Shown here piece after piece: positions 43,084 to 56,458 of a stretch of 64,000 nucleotides of DNA (its first letter is position 1; each line of letters starts with the position of its first letter). A model generated the notes under the pieces. That model did no database searches, had not been told where the DNA came from, and saw only the letters and a list, made by a program, of their open reading frames with translations. A program made the translations under genes and the position numbers. Source of the stretch: Heptranchias perlo. Taxonomy: Eukaryota. The DNA lies in assembly GCF_035084215.1 (NCBI RefSeq), contig NW_027139442.1, positions 6,572,001-6,636,000 on the forward strand, written 5' to 3'.

Positions 43084-44689
43084 GCAAGCACTTTACACGC
43101 TGGCAGCGGTGGGATCGCTGACACGATCTCCGTTTTTCGTCTGAAATCTTGAATTGAACTCAAACCTTACCTTAATTTTTCACTTCGGAGCTCGGCAGGG
43201 GAGGAGGGCGATCCTTTGAAAGGGATTTTTTTAAATTTTACTGAAAAGCGACCCGGAAATCCGGCGATGTGACCGGCCACACAAACACAGTGACATTAAT
43301 CTAACCCGCCCGCCTCTTTAACACACTCTTTCTGACACAATGTTCACATCTTCACATTCACAGGACAAACTGGTCGCCAGATTGACAATTCCCGGGACAG
43401 GCTTTCCTCCCCGCTCGGCCTGTGCAGCAGATTCTCGGGGGTTAGTTGTCGTTTCCCAGCTCAGTCACTGTTAAACACTCTGAGGCCGGCGCTCCTCACA
43501 GTGTCTGGTCCCCAGATTCAGGGGCAGGAGCCAATCACAGCTGTTGTTGTGATAATTCACATCTGGTTTTAAAATATTATACTGTTCGTACACAGAAATA
43601 TGTTTGGTTAAGACGATAATACAAATTATCCGCTCTGGGCTCTTCCAGTCTCTCTGTGTTTCTCTCTCCTCCTAAACTGACTGACAGACAACAGTAACTG
43701 GTGTCCTATCCGTCCCATTCTCAACACCCAGAGACGGCTAGTTACAGAATAAATTCAACACTAACAGGCAGTCCAGTGTCAGGCCGTTACAGGCTGTTTC
43801 TCCCCACCTTTCCTTATTGGACTGGAGACTGATAAATGCACAGTCAATCCGGCTCATACATAATAGAAGGGACAGTGACCGTCTCACCAACAGCACCGGA
43901 GGTCTGTTCACAAACACTGAATCAGTCTTTACCTTCCATCAGGGTGTCGATATTAAGCTCAGTAACAGTATTTCGCTTTCATTTACAGCGCTGGAGAGAG
44001 AGAAAGACAGACCGACAGATAAACAGACAGACAGAGACACACACACAGACAATGTATCAGTCTCACACTTCCTATCAGTATGTCCGTTTCACACTCAATA
44101 ACAGTATCCCACATTCATATGCTGTGCAAAAGAGAGAGAGAGAAACTGACCTGTAATGTCCAGCATTCACCCAGTAACAAATTGGAAAAATTCTCCATTC
44201 CAATTGCTATTCCAAGGTGGAGTGACAGAAGATGCAGTCTCATCTCTCACTAAAATTATTTCAGAGACAGACACATTATTAATCCCATTCTCAGGGACAG
44301 TGTCACACATTTAACCCTCTCTTGCATGTTTCACCCTTTGTAATCTTGCAGCTCAGGCCCATTCAGTATTTCTCTCAGTGACCGAGAGTTTCATTCCGAT
44401 TGAAATAATCTGGGACTGTTGCTGTCAGATGTTAATCCCACACGGTCGCAGCAAATATACGGACTCCCACTTTGCTCCGCTGTTTCTCCAGGATTGGTTT
44501 GAGAAATCCTCCCTCCAGTTTCGGAGTCACGCGTTGCTTTATCAGTCAGGGAGCCAAGAATGAACAGAACCCATTGGCTCATTTCACAGCCGCCCATTTT
44601 ATCCATGAAAGGCCTTTTACCATCAAAAGATACCGAGAGAAACAGCAGGGATGGAAACATCGAGTTTAATAGTGAGAGATTGTAAAGTC

Positions 44690-45530
44690 AGTCTGGATTC
44701 CAGCGTTAGGCACTGGTGGAATCCCATCTGTTTCCCATTCTGGTGCGTGTTCCTGCACTGCCTGTGGACCCCATTCCCTCTGACCTTTCTGAGAGTGATA
44801 ATATACATACTGTGTGTGAGAAGGAGTTGGCTGCACTGTTCCTTTGTCTCGGGGGGAGGAAACTTCACATTCATTCTGGATCCTTCTCGGATTTGCTCAG
44901 ACTCTGAAAAATTCCAATTGGGGAAAGTTTCCATCGATTTTTGTATTGCGAATTAAACCAGATATCTGCGCATGCGTGACCCAGCCCCGCCCCCAGCGCT
45001 GATTGTTGGTGAGCAGAAGAGCGCATGCGCGCTCCCCTCCCCCAGCTCGGCCTGTGGCCGCCATTCCCTCAGTGAGCGGAAGAAGATGGTTTAAAACAGC
45101 CGGGAATGGAGAGATCACGGCCCCCGGGGGAAGGGAGCAAAGAGCAGCCTCGTTACAGCAGCTCATCGCTTCGGGACCGTGTCCGCAGATGGGCTCAGAG
45201 ATCGGCATTGAGTCCAGGGTCAGGGCAGGGGAGTCCGGGGTCTGTTTGTAAGAGGCGGAGTGGATCAGGATCTGGTCCCGGAACATGGAGTGAGCGGGGG
45301 AAGGGAGAGTTCATTCTCGGGCTGTGTGTGTACAGGGTGTGTCCAGGGGAAGGGAGAGAGAATGGGAAGAACGTGCTATTTAAAATCATTGCTGTTTTCT
45401 CTCCCCAAACCAGTAGTGAATGGTCCTGGTTTAGTTCCTATCTCACCCTGTTTATTGTTATTGGACAGTGAAGAGTGGAAACAGAGCCGGACGGTAAGGA
45501 TGTGGGGAGTTATGCACCAGGTGAGAAGTG
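44690..45530 (+). promoter_or_regulatory. CpG-island promoter, module copy 3
   Basis: Direct homolog of 29280-30000, with a 109-bp inverted insertion. Confidence 0.65.
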
Positions 45531-46749
45531 TGAAGGGCACATTTCAAACAGCGGCTCTTTGCTTTCTGTTGAACGTTTAGTCCCATGGGAGAGGGGATTA
45601 GAAACCCGACCTGTACAAAGGGCCCTGCCCCATAGGGTAGTCCCATTCATGGATCAGTGCAGGGGTTGCATTTTGTCTGTATGTCACTAAATTGTTCAAA
45701 AACAGCCTAACACACCTGGTATGCTGAAGCTGAGTGCTGCAGTGCTGCAGTCGAGTCAGACGCTGACACTGTATCACTGGTTTTCATTTGTCGAAGCACA
45801 AAATAATTATTAACAGAGCTATTAAACTGATCACTTTTGTATTTTCTACCTCACCTGTTATTGAGTAACAAGAGATAATTTTCTTTCTACAGGCAAATCC
45901 GAGAATGATCCAGAATGAATGTGAAGTTTCCTCCCCCCGAGACAAAGGAACAGTGCAGCCAACTCCTTCTCACACACAGTATGTATATTATCACTCTCAG
46001 AGCACAGAGACACAGACAGGTCATCAGTTCCACAGTCTCAGACAGCAGAAGTAGTCAGTTCCACACTGATCCCAAGTTCCACAGACACATTTTCAATCCA
46101 ACAGTCAAACAGAGCAGGTGAGGCAGACGCTGTTCCATTGCACCCGAACTCAGTCCCGCTGACAGGAAGATACAAAAATCCCAGTCCAAAGTCACACTAT
46201 CAGATTGTCAATTTCCAAGAAGTGCAGAATTCGCCATGAATTAAAAATCAGATACCCCGAGATTCCAATTGAATACTAGCCCAGAACCCTCACACCCACA
46301 CGGGAGTTTAATACATGCAGTATCCATTCGAATAGTGTACCATTCGAATACAAATTGCAAGTCCAAAAATCATGTACAATATCAGATTGAGAAATGCTGT
46401 GACAGTGTAACCTGAGAAACAAATTAGATACCAGTTTATAATATACTCATAGCATGAGATTTAAAGATACAGTATCAATTCCTTTACTGCAGGCTGATCG
46501 ACACATTATATACCAATTCAAAAATGTCACCATATCAGTTTGAAAAAAATATTATCATTCACAATAGTACTCACAGAGATACTGATATGATACTCGTCCA
46601 AAAAACACAAATCTTCTGATTAAAACCTCCAGCATCAAATCCTAAAGTGTATCCATGTTTACCAATTAAATACTGGGAAAAACTGTTTAAACATTAAGAT
46701 AGTAAAGCTACAGTATTGAACACCATAATGTAATCTGAGAGAATAATTA

Positions 46750-49700
46750 TATACAGATACAGAATGAATCTCACACTCAGATACAGTACAGAGACACACA
46801 AACACAGAATGAATCCCACACTCACATACAGTACTAGAGTTTGCCAGACACAGATTGAATCCAACACTCAAGTATGGTGCTAGAGATGTCAGATACAGAA
46901 TGTATCACACACTGACATACAGTACCAAGGACTGACAGTTAGCAAAACCATCCCACACTCTCATAAAGCACTAGAGACTGAGAGATACAAAATAAATCCC
47001 AAACTCAAACACAGTACCTGAGATTGGCAGATACAGAATGAAGACCACACTCACGTACAGTACCACAGTCTGACAGAGTACAGAATGAATCTCACACTCA
47101 CACACAGTACTCGAGACTGACAGATACAGACTGAATCCCACACTCACACACAGTACCTGAGATTGGCAGATACAGAATGAATCTCACACACAGTACCAGA
47201 GACTGACAGATACAGAATGAATCCCACACTCACAAGCAGTACCTGAGTTTGGCAGATACAGAATGAATCTCACACTCATACACAGTACCAGAGACTGACA
47301 GATACAGAATGATTCCCACACTCACACACAGTACCTGAGATTGGCAGATGCAGAATGAATCTCACACACAGCACCAGAGACTGACAGATACAGAATGAAT
47401 CCCACACTCACACACAGTGCCAGAGACTGAGAGATACAGAATGAATGCCACACTCACACGCAGTACCTGAGATTGGCAGATACAGAATTAATCTCACACT
47501 CACACACAGTACCAGAGACTGACAGATACAGTATGAATCTCACACCAACATACATTATGAGAAACTGGATATATGGAAATAATTCAACACCCACACACAG
47601 TACTCGAGAATGTATATGCAGAATGAATCCCACAGTCAAATAGAGTACCAGAGAGTGACAGTTACAGCATGAATCCCACACTCACAGTCAGTACCAGAGA
47701 CTGAGAGTAACAAAGTGAATCTCACAGTCACCTACATTAGTGCAGGCTGAGTTACACATTACGTACCAGAGCAAAAATCTCACAGTCGCAGATCGAAAGA
47801 TACCTCATCAATTCCATCAATGCTGTCTTAGTTACACATTACATACCAGTCCAAAAATCTCATCGTGTCAGATTTAAAGGTGCAGTATCAATTCTATTAG
47901 CGCAGACTGAGCTACATATTAGATATATTGGTAAATACTCATGGAGTATTATACTGAAATAAACAGTATCAATACCATTGGTACAGACTGAACTACACAT
48001 TACATACGAGTCCAAAAACCTCTTAAATGATCAGACTGGAAAATAGAGTTTCAATTCTATTAGCACTGCCTGAGCTGTACATTACATACCAGACTGGAAA
48101 TCCCATAAAATATTAGACTAAAAGATGTAGTATCGATTTCATGAGTGCAGACTGAGCCACACATTATATAGCAGTCCAAGAATCTCATACCTTATCAGAC
48201 TCAAAGATACAATATCAATTGCATTAGCACAGACAGAGCTACATGTTACACACCAGTCCAAAAATCTCATACAGTTTAGACTGAGATACAGAATTAATCC
48301 CATTATTGCAGAATAAACTAAACATTACATAAGGGTCCAATAATTTCACCGGGAACAGATTGAAAGGTACATTATCATTCACAAAAAAGTTCATAGATTA
48401 AGATGTAATACTACTCCAAAACTCACACACATTGTTTGATTAAAGAAAATTGAAAAGTGCATCCATATTAACGAATTAAATACTCGATGAATAACTGTAT
48501 ATAATTTAAAGTATTAAATCTACAGTTTCAAAAACGATACTGTAAACTGAAATAAGAACACCGAATGAATCCAGACTTGCACATTGTCTCAGAGACTGAA
48601 TTACAGAATGAATCCCACACTGAGATAAAGTAGCAGAGAATGGCAGATACAGAATGAATCCCACACACACAGATAGCACGAGAGACTGAGAGATTCAGAA
48701 TGAATCCATCACTTATATGTAATACCCCTGAGACTGAGAGATGCAGAATATACCCCATGCTCACACTCAGTACCAGAGACTGACAGATATAGAATGAATC
48801 CTACACTCACATACAGTATCCGGAACAGAATGAATGTCACTCGCGCACAGTACCAGGGACTGACAGATACAGAATGAATCTCTCACTCAAAAAGTACCAG
48901 AGACTGATGGATACAGAATGAATGTCACAGTCACATTACTGCTGACTGAGTTACACTTTACAGACCAGTCCAAAGATCTCATAGTATCAGATTGAAAGAT
49001 AAAGTATAAATTCCATTAGTGCAGACTGAGCTACATATTAGATATATTGGTAAATACTCAGTATTATACAGATATAAATATTATCAATACCATTGGTGCA
49101 GACTGAGCTACACATTACATACGAGTCCAAAAATCACATAAATGATCAGACTGAAAGATATAGTTTAAATTCTTTTAGCACCGCCTGAGCTAAACATTAT
49201 ATAACAGTCCAACAATCTCATACAATGTTAGACTGAAAGGTACAGTATCGATTTCATTAGTGCAGACTGAGCCACACATTATATAGCAATCCAAGAATCT
49301 CATACCTTATCAGACTCAAAGATATAATATCAATTCCATTAGCACAGACTGAACTACATGTTACTCACCAGTCCAAAAACTTCATACAGTATAAGACTGA
49401 TAGATACAGTATCAATTCCTTTAGTGCAGGATGAGCTACATATTACATATCGTGTCCAAAAATCACATGTCGTGTTAGACTCAGATACAGAATTAATCCC
49501 ATTATTGCAGACTGAGCTACTCATTACATACCAGTCCAATAATTTCACCGGGAACAGATTGAAACGTACATTATCATTCACAATACAGTTCAGAGATTAA
49601 GATATAATACTGCTCCAAAACTCTCACACATTGTTTGAATAAAGAAAATCGAAAAATGTATCCATATTAACAACGTAAATAATCGACGAAGAACTATATA

Positions 49701-50112
49701 TAATTTAAAGCATTAAAGATACAGTTTCAAATACGATACTGTAAACTGAAATAAGAATACAGAATGAATCCAGACTTGCACATTGTCTCAGAGACTGAAT
49801 GACAGAATGAATCCCACACTGAGATAAAGTAGCAGAGAATGGCAGATACAGAATGAATCCCACACTCACATACAGCACCAGAAAATGACAGATACAGAAA
49901 TAATCCCACACTCACATAAAGTACCAGAGACTGACAGATACAGAATGAATCCATCACTTATATATAGTACCTGAGACTGAAAGATGCAGAACATACCCCA
50001 TGCTCACACTCAGTACCAGAGATTGACAGATACTGAATGAATCCCAAACTCACGCACAGTACCAGAGCCTGACAATGACAGAATCAACCCCACTCTCATG
50101 TACAGTGCTAGA
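46750..50112. repeat. Alternating 46-bp and 82-bp satellite blocks
   Basis: 46-bp at 46750-47730, 48560-48930 and 49760-50110; 82-bp at 47730-48340 and 48930-49540. Confidence 0.9.
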
Positions 50113-51829
50113 GATGACATCTACTGGCCGTAAGCGAGTACTGTAATGAGGGAACAAATTCACATTATCTGTCGTGGTCAGAGAAACAGGATAATGTGCA
50201 ATGTGATGGAAGTTTCGGTCTGCAACTTTTACTCTCGTATTTTTGCACTTTTTGACGGTGAAAAATGAAGACAATTGATTCATAATAAAGTTTTTGTTTC
50301 ACTCATTCGATAGTTGTGAATTTACCCCATTGTATTTCGCTTTACATTGCGAAGTATTTCTCGCTGATATCTCAGGATGATTTACATTGCACCTCTACCC
50401 CATTTAGACTCTTATTTTCCATGCAGTATGTGGCCTCCTTATTCCCCCGAGCGAAATGCACCACCTCACACTTTTCTATATTGAAATTCAATGGCCATTT
50501 GCACGGCCGTTCTGCAAGTTTATTTTGTCCCAGTCTTCCTCAATATTGACTATACGCCCTAAATCGATTACAAGAATTTAACACAGCATTACAAGTAGTT
50601 TTTGGTCCAAAAAAAATGTACTTGCAGCTCGTCTCCATTTTTTCTAAATCCCACCCGTACAATATAATGTGAAGAATGAGTTTATCTTCTGTCCCTCTCT
50701 CATCTGCAAACTTCAATGACCCGGGGTTTGGGGACATCTACTGGCCGAAAGCAGAACTGCAACAGTTCGGAACAAATTGCTGAAACCGGACAATGTGCAG
50801 TGTGAGCGTGTTTGTGATTGGTGGCAGGTACTAAATCTGATTTTTTAAACCTGCCCATTAACCTTTAGTGTTTGTTATTGAACAGTAAACAGAGCCGGAC
50901 AGTAAGGATGTGGGGAGTTATACAAAGAGCATCTATTGCAGGCATCAGGTGAGAAGTGTGAAGGTCACATTTTAAACAGCGGCTCTTTTGTTTCGGTTGA
51001 ACGGTTAGTCCCATGAGAAAGGGGAGTAGAAATCTGAAATGTACAAAGGTCCCTGCCCAATCGGGTAGACCCATTCATGGATCAGTGCAGGGGTTGGGTT
51101 GTGTCTGGATGTCACTAAATTGTAATATTGCCCAACACACCTGGTGTGCAGAAGCTGAGTGCTGCAGTACTGCAGTGGAATCAGACACTGACACTGTTTG
51201 TATCGCTGTTTTTCCTTTGTGGATATTAAAATGATTATTAACAGAGAGATTCAATTGATCACTTTTGGTTTTTTCTACCTCACCTGTTCTTGAGTTACAA
51301 GAGACAGTTTTTTTTCCATCAGTCAATTCGTTGAAGGACCCAGAATCAGTGTGATGTTTACTCCACCCGAGGCACAAGGAGCAGTCAGTGCAGCCAGCTC
51401 CTTCTCACACACAGTATGTACATTAACACTCAGAGCACAGAGACACAGACAGATCATCAGTTCCACATTCTCAGATAGCAGAAATGGTCAATACCACACT
51501 GATCCCAATCCAACAGTCAAACAGAGCAGGAGAGACAGACGGAATTTCTATTTCACAATGACTCAGTACCGCTGACTGGCAAATAAATAATTCCCAGTCC
51601 AAAATCACACCCAGTTTCAGATTGAAAGGCACTGTTTCAATTCTCACATTATTTCAGCCTTAGCTACAAATTAAATACCAGATAGAACTGACACATGGTA
51701 CTGATTGATAGATACAGAGTGAATAACAATAGTGTACTCCAAGATTAAAATTAAATACCAGCCCTCAATTCACACACATTTTGAGTTTAAAGGTGCAGTA
51801 TTCATGCCAATAGTGCACCCTGAGATACA

Positions 51830-53780
51830 AATTAGATACCAATTCAGATGTTAGCCATATTTGACTCACATGTACGTTCAAAAACCTCATGGTGTCAGAA
51901 TGAAATGTACAGTTTTAATTCCTTTACTGCAGATTGAGGTACACGTTAGATACCAGTCCAAAATTCTCATACAGTATAAAACTGAAAGATATAGTATTGA
52001 TTTGATTAGTACAGACTGACGTACACGTTACATACCAGCACAAAAATCTCTCACAGTATGAGACTGTAAGATGCAGTATCATCCCATTAGTGCAGATTGA
52101 GCTACACATTATATACCAGTCCAAAAATCACATTCAGGGTCAAACTGAAAGGCACAGTATGAATTCCATTAAAGCAGACTGAGCTACACATTATATACCA
52201 GTTCAAAAAACAGATTCAGGGTCATGCCGAATGATGCAGTATCAATCCCATTAGTGCAGAATGAGTTACACATTACACACCAGTCTAAATATATTCCGCA
52301 GCATCAGACTGAAAGATACAGTATCAATTCCATTAGTGCAGACTGAGCTACACATTATATACAGTCCAAAATTCGCATGCAGTGTCGTACTGAAATATAC
52401 AGTATGAATCCTATTAGTGTGGACTGAGCCACACATTACAAACCAGTCCAAAAATCTCTCTCAGTGTCTGACTGAAAGCTAGAGTGTCAATTCCATTCGT
52501 ACAGACTGAACTACACATTACATATCAGTCCAAAAATCACTTCAAGATCATGCTGAAATGTACAGCATCAATTCCATTAGTGTTGACTGAACCACACATT
52601 GCATACCAGAACAAAAAAAAATCACAGTTTCAGATTGACAGAAAACGTATCAATTCCATCAATGCTGAATGAGCAACAAATTACATACAACCCATAAATC
52701 TCATACAGTGTCAGACTGAAAGATACTTTATCAATTGCATTAGTGCAGGCTGAGCTACACATTATATATAGTCCAAAATTTGCATAGTGTATCCTACTGA
52801 AAGATACAGTAACAATTCCTTTACTGCAAACTGAGCTACACATTACCTACCAGTCCAAAAATCACATTCTTGGCCATGCTGAAAGATACAGTATCAATTC
52901 CATTAGTGCAGACTGAGCTACACCTTACACACCAGTCTAAATATATTACACAGTAGCAGAATAAAAGGTACAGCATCAATTCCATTAGTGCAGACTAAGC
53001 TACACATTACATACCGGTCCAAAAACCTCACACGGTATCGGACTGAAAGATACAGTATCATTCTTATTATAGCTGATTGAGCCCCAGTATCAATTTGATT
53101 TGTACAGACTGAGCTACACATTCCATACCAGTTCAAAAACCTCATACTTCATCTTTAAGTCTGTTACTGTATCAATTCCATTATAGCTGACTGAGCTACA
53201 CCTTACAGACTAATCTAAATATATTACACAGAATCAGACTGAAAGATACAGTATCAATTCCATTAGCGCAGACTGAGCTGCACAAGAAATACCAGTCCAA
53301 TAATTTCACAGTAAAAGATGAAATGTAAATTATCATTTACAACAGACTTCAGAGACTAAAGTGTAATCCTACACCAAAACTCACACACGTTGTTTGATTA
53401 AAACAAAATCCAAAAGTTTATCCATAATTACAAATTAATGCTAGACAAAAGATTGTGCATACATTAATGCATTAAACATACAGTTTCAAGCAATATACTG
53501 TAACATGAAATAAGAATACAGAACGAATCCAGACTTGCACTTTGTCCCAGAGACGGAGTTACACAATGAATCCCACACTCACACGCAGTACCAGAGACTG
53601 ACAAGAATAGAATGAATCCGACATTCACATAAAGCACCAGAGACTGACAGATAAAGAATAAATCCCACACACACACATACACACACACAGTACCGGAGAC
53701 TGACAGACACAGAATGAATCTCACACTCAATACAGTCCCAGAAACTGACAGAGAATTAATCCCAAACTCACATACATTCT
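51830..53780. repeat. 82-bp satellite (51830-53310) then 46-bp units
   Basis: Period 82 checked at 52262/52344. Confidence 0.9.
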
Positions 53781-54534
53781 GATATCGACTGGCTGTAAGG
53801 GAGAACTGTAACAGAGTGGAACAAATTCACATTATCTGTCGTTGATACAGATTCAGGACAATGTGCAATGGGAGGAAATAGTTTCTCTCTGTAACTTCTG
53901 CTCTCGTAATTTTTCATATTTTGTCAGTGAAAATGAAGACAATTGATTCATAATAATGTTCTTGCTTTGCTCATTCGAAAGTTGCCCCATTATGTTTCAC
54001 TCTACATTGCGCAATATTTCTGTCTGATTTCTCAGGACACGATTTATATTAATTCAAATAAACCGAACTGAAACACAAATAAAAACTGAGCGCAAATCTG
54101 GAAGTTCCAATGACCGTCAAAAGTGAAAGGGATAAAACATAGAAAAAATTAAAACCGAAAATGCTGGAAAGACTCAGCAGGTCCGGCAGCATCTGTGGAG
54201 AAGGGAAGCTCGGGTTAACGGTTCAGGTCAATGACCCTTCTATAGATCAGAAAGGTTAATCCGACATAATTTAAATAAGGAACTGGAATCTGCAGAGGGA
54301 AAAACTTCAGAACATCAATTAATTTCACTGAATCCGGGCAATTGTGTCCTGTATCCACTGTACAGATTAGGAGAAATAATAATACAAAGGAACAAAGTTA
54401 AATTCAACGTTATGGGGGAAATAAATGAATTTTTAAAATATTTTTTGAATATAAATTAGACCCGTTTGTGTTTTGGAAACACTATCCCTCTGAACATCAT
54501 CAAATTTGATTCCAGTCTTGATGTTTCTGAATTC

Positions 54535-54603
54535 AGCGTGCTGGGATTCAAACCTGTTGGAATTAACTGTTTGGAAGGCAGCTCTACTCACCATCATAGC
54601 GCC
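54535..54603 (-). pseudogene. tRNA-Gly(TCC) pseudogene
   Basis: Duplicate of 37050-37118. Confidence 0.75.
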
Positions 54604-56458
54604 TTATTTCACCAGGAGGGAGAAGTAGAGTGTTTCTGTGGAGTTTCACACTGAATTGCGCCCTTTGGGTTTTTGGTACTTTAATCACAGACAATAAATA
54701 GTTCCCAAACATCAGCCCCTGATCAGACACAACAAGCTGGTGGAATTTCTCATTCATAGATATTAAATAAAAGGATGACAAAAGCAAATAGGAAGAGGTT
54801 AGGAAGAAGTCACAAAAACAATTACGGAAGAAAACAGGAATCACGAAATCAAATTATCAAGGAATATGAAAAGAAATAATAAATTATTCGACAGACACAA
54901 AAATAACAAAATGAAAATCAGAATAGTTTGAGTGCCACTAAGGGATGCACAAGATAAACTCACAGGTAACGTCAGCGAAATGGCAGAAATATTGAATTAT
55001 TACTTTGCTCAGTATTTACCCGGGAGATTAACAGGGTGAACATGATATTAAAGGAAGAGGTCAATAAAGATATCAAGACATTTAAGTTAGAAAGGGTGGT
55101 TAAACTGGTCCTGATGGATTGTATCCGTGCATATTAAATGAAGCAAGGGAAGAGATAGCAGAGGCACTGTTACATATATAGACAAAATCATCACAAAGTG
55201 CAATAGTGCCAAAGGACTGGATGACAGCTAATGGGATTGTTATATTTTAAAACAGGAGATAGAACAAGTGCAGGGAACTATAGACCAGTTAACGAAAGGT
55301 CGGTGGTGGGGATGATCATGGAATCCTTTACTCAATGATGCAGTAGATAAACATCTAGAAACCGAAAATATAATAAAGAATAGTCAGCACGGATTTCAGA
55401 AAGGGAAGGTTTAATAGTTTGACAGAAGGTTTGACAGTTTAAATTACAGTTCAACAGAACTTATCTCCTTTTCAATTCTGTTCCTTTAGAAATAAACCTC
55501 TGTGTTTGTTTTCTATGACATTATCAACCTGAGTTCCAACTTTAATGATTTGTCAATCTGTACCCCTAAATCCCTTTGCTCTTCGACCCCATTTAGACTC
55601 TTATTTTCCAAGCAGTGTGTGGCCTCCTTATTCCCCCGAGCAAAATGCACCACGTCACAACTTTCTATCTGGAAATTCAATGGCCATTTTCAACGCCTTT
55701 CAGCAAGTTTATTAAAGTCTTCTTGAATTTTGTTGGATTCTACCTCAGTATAGGCTATACCCACTAAATAATTACAAGCATTTCACACGACATTACAACA
55801 AATGTTTGCTCCAACAAAATGTTCTCCATTCCCAGTTTCTCTGAATCCCACTCGTGCAATATAATGTGAAGAATGAGTTTATCTTCTGTCCCTCTCTCAT
55901 CTGCAAACTTCAATGTCAGGGGTTTGGGGACATCTACTGGCCGGAAGCAGAACTGCAACAGTTCGGAACAAATTGCTGAAACCGGACAATGTGCAGTGTG
56001 AGCGTGTTTGTGATTGGTGGCAGATACTGAATCTGATTGGATATCTGAAGAAACCTATCAGAGAGTGAAAGGAAAAGGTGACGTTTGTCACTCCCAATGA
56101 CCCAATCACAATCATTGCCTTCCACCATCCCTTATTACCATAGTAAACAATTTTACAACACCAAGTTATAGTCCAGCAATTTTATTTTAAATTCACAAGC
56201 TTCCTCAGGTAAATGTTTCAGGACCTCCTTGAAGCCTACGCATTTATACATATAGAACAATACATGGTGTTTACAGACTGCCCCTGCAACTGCCCGTTGC
56301 CAAGGCAATCACCGTGTTCAGACAGAGAGGTGTCACCTGCAGAACCCCCGAATACACATTCAACAAAAAAACAAACAGGGAAAAAAAAACAGAGAAAAAA
56401 AACAGAGAGAGGCAGAAACATCCGGAAGGCAGAGAGAGCCAGAAAATGACCCATTATA

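Noticed and set aside
43270-43545. AAACACA, GC box and CCAAT resembling an H1 promoter
   Set aside because: Spacing is wrong and no H1 ORF or stem-loop follows.
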